64,000 bases of DNA. It comes from Alphaproteobacteria bacterium. Lineage in GTDB: Bacteria; Pseudomonadota; Alphaproteobacteria; MPNO01. Shown piece after piece: positions 63,175-64,000 of this stretch. A model generated the notes under the pieces. It saw only the letters and a list, made by a program, of their open reading frames with translations. It was not told the DNA's origin and did no database searches. Each line of letters opens with the position of its first letter. The first letter of the stretch is position 1. The stretch lies in assembly GCA_965248835.1 (NCBI GenBank), contig CBDFLJ010000001.1, forward strand, positions 1 through 64,000, written 5' to 3'. The translations under genes were made by a program, and so were the position numbers.

Positions 63175-64000
63175 AGCGACCGGATGGTGCGTCACGCTCG
63201 AATTCGCCCTGAACGATGCCGACCCGGCCGTCTTCGCCGCATTCGAGGACGCCCTGACCGATCCCGCCCGCTATGAAGCGGCTTCCTTCGCCCTGATGCG
63301 CGAGGAAGGCGCCGGCGTCTGGCGCATCCGCGCGGTCATGGCCTGCCGCCCGCCGGAAGACCGGCTTCGGGCAAGCCTGTCGCGCGCCGAAGCCGCCTCC
63401 GGCCTCACCGCGACAGCGCTGGCGGTCGCGCCGTTGATCGAGACCGATTGGGTGGACGCGGCCAACCGCGCGCGGCCGGCGGTCACGGCCGCGCCGTTCC
63501 ATGTCCGCGGCAGCCACGTCACCGCGTCGGGCCCAGAGGGGATGCACGACATTGTCCTCGATGCCGGCCAGGCCTTCGGGACCGGATCGCACGAGACCAC
63601 GCGCGGCTGCCTGCTGGCGATCGCGGCGAGCCCGCCGCCGCCCGGCGGCGTGCCGGCGCTCGACCTCGGGACCGGCTCGGGATTGCTCGCCATCGCGATG
63701 GCCCGCCATTGGGGGATCCCGGTGATCGCGGCCGACAGCGACCCGGTCGCGGTGGCGGTGGCTAAGGAGAACGCCGCCTCGAACAGTGTGGGCGATCGGA
63801 TCGAAACCCGGTCCAGCCGCGGTTTCGCGAACGCCCGGCTGCGCGCGGCCGGACCGTACGGAGTCATCGCCGCGAACATCCTTGCCGGTCAGCTGATCCG
63901 CATGGCGCCGGCGATCGCCCGCCATCTGCACGAAGACGGCCGCGTCCTCCTGTCCGGCATCCTGGCCGGGCAGGAGGACGCTGTGCGCCAGGCCTACGCG
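63158..64000 (+). CDS. prmA: Ribosomal protein L11 methyltransferase (partial, runs off the window)
   Basis: Not in ORF track; frame contains ETDWV, DAGQAFGTGSHETT, LDLGTGSGLLAIA, ANILA, LLSGIL. TTG start inferred. Confidence 0.9.
   Translation, partial: MSNAPEATGWCVTLEFALNDADPAVFAAFEDALTDPARYEAASFALMREEGAGVWRIRAVMACRPPEDRLRASLSRAEAASGLTATALAVAPLIETDWVDAANRARPAVTAAPFHVRGSHVTASGPEGMHDIVLDAGQAFGTGSHETTRGCLLAIAASPPPPGGVPALDLGTGSGLLAIAMARHWGIPVIAADSDPVAVAVAKENAASNSVGDRIETRSSRGFANARLRAAGPYGVIAANILAGQLIRMAPAIARHLHEDGRVLLSGILAGQEDAVRQAYA

Overview
High-GC bacterial chromosome segment; gene content (pyc, ettA, mlaA/mlaC, sahR-metF-metH, uvrD-prmA, N-formylglutamate amidohydrolase next to tRNA-Val and a suhB/MmgR-type sRNA) points to an Alphaproteobacterium. 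From left to right: (i) 1-15 kb catabolic genes: Mo-oxidoreductase, DUF3179, EamA, Gfo/Idh/MocA, ALDH, enoyl-CoA hydratase, a Cys-less thiolase with a DUF35 partner, an orphan CoxL-like subunit, a DHDPS-family aldolase, a Rieske oxygenase, a C-C hydrolase and argE. (ii) An oxidative-type sat-aprM-aprB-aprA cluster followed by a metallophosphoesterase. (iii) An sRNA, GNAT, amidohydrolase and tRNA-Val(GAC). (iv) A ~11 kb accessory region: MBL hydrolase, secreted ankyrin protein plus S9 lipoprotein peptidase, a decayed IS1380, MFS, a REP dimer, IS3/IS110 scraps, a probably additional tyrS, a GNAT pseudogene and a hydrolase. (v) A MetE-like gene divergent from an SDR / aryl-AMP ligase / amidohydrolase operon, then housekeeping genes. 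The most unusual direct observation is a family of ~25-nt hairpin micro-elements. Two copies with compensatory stem changes sit in opposite orientations inside the IS1380 transposase, and related larger REP units with a nested insert lie at 30.1 kb. All product calls come from motif recognition only; no database searches were run.
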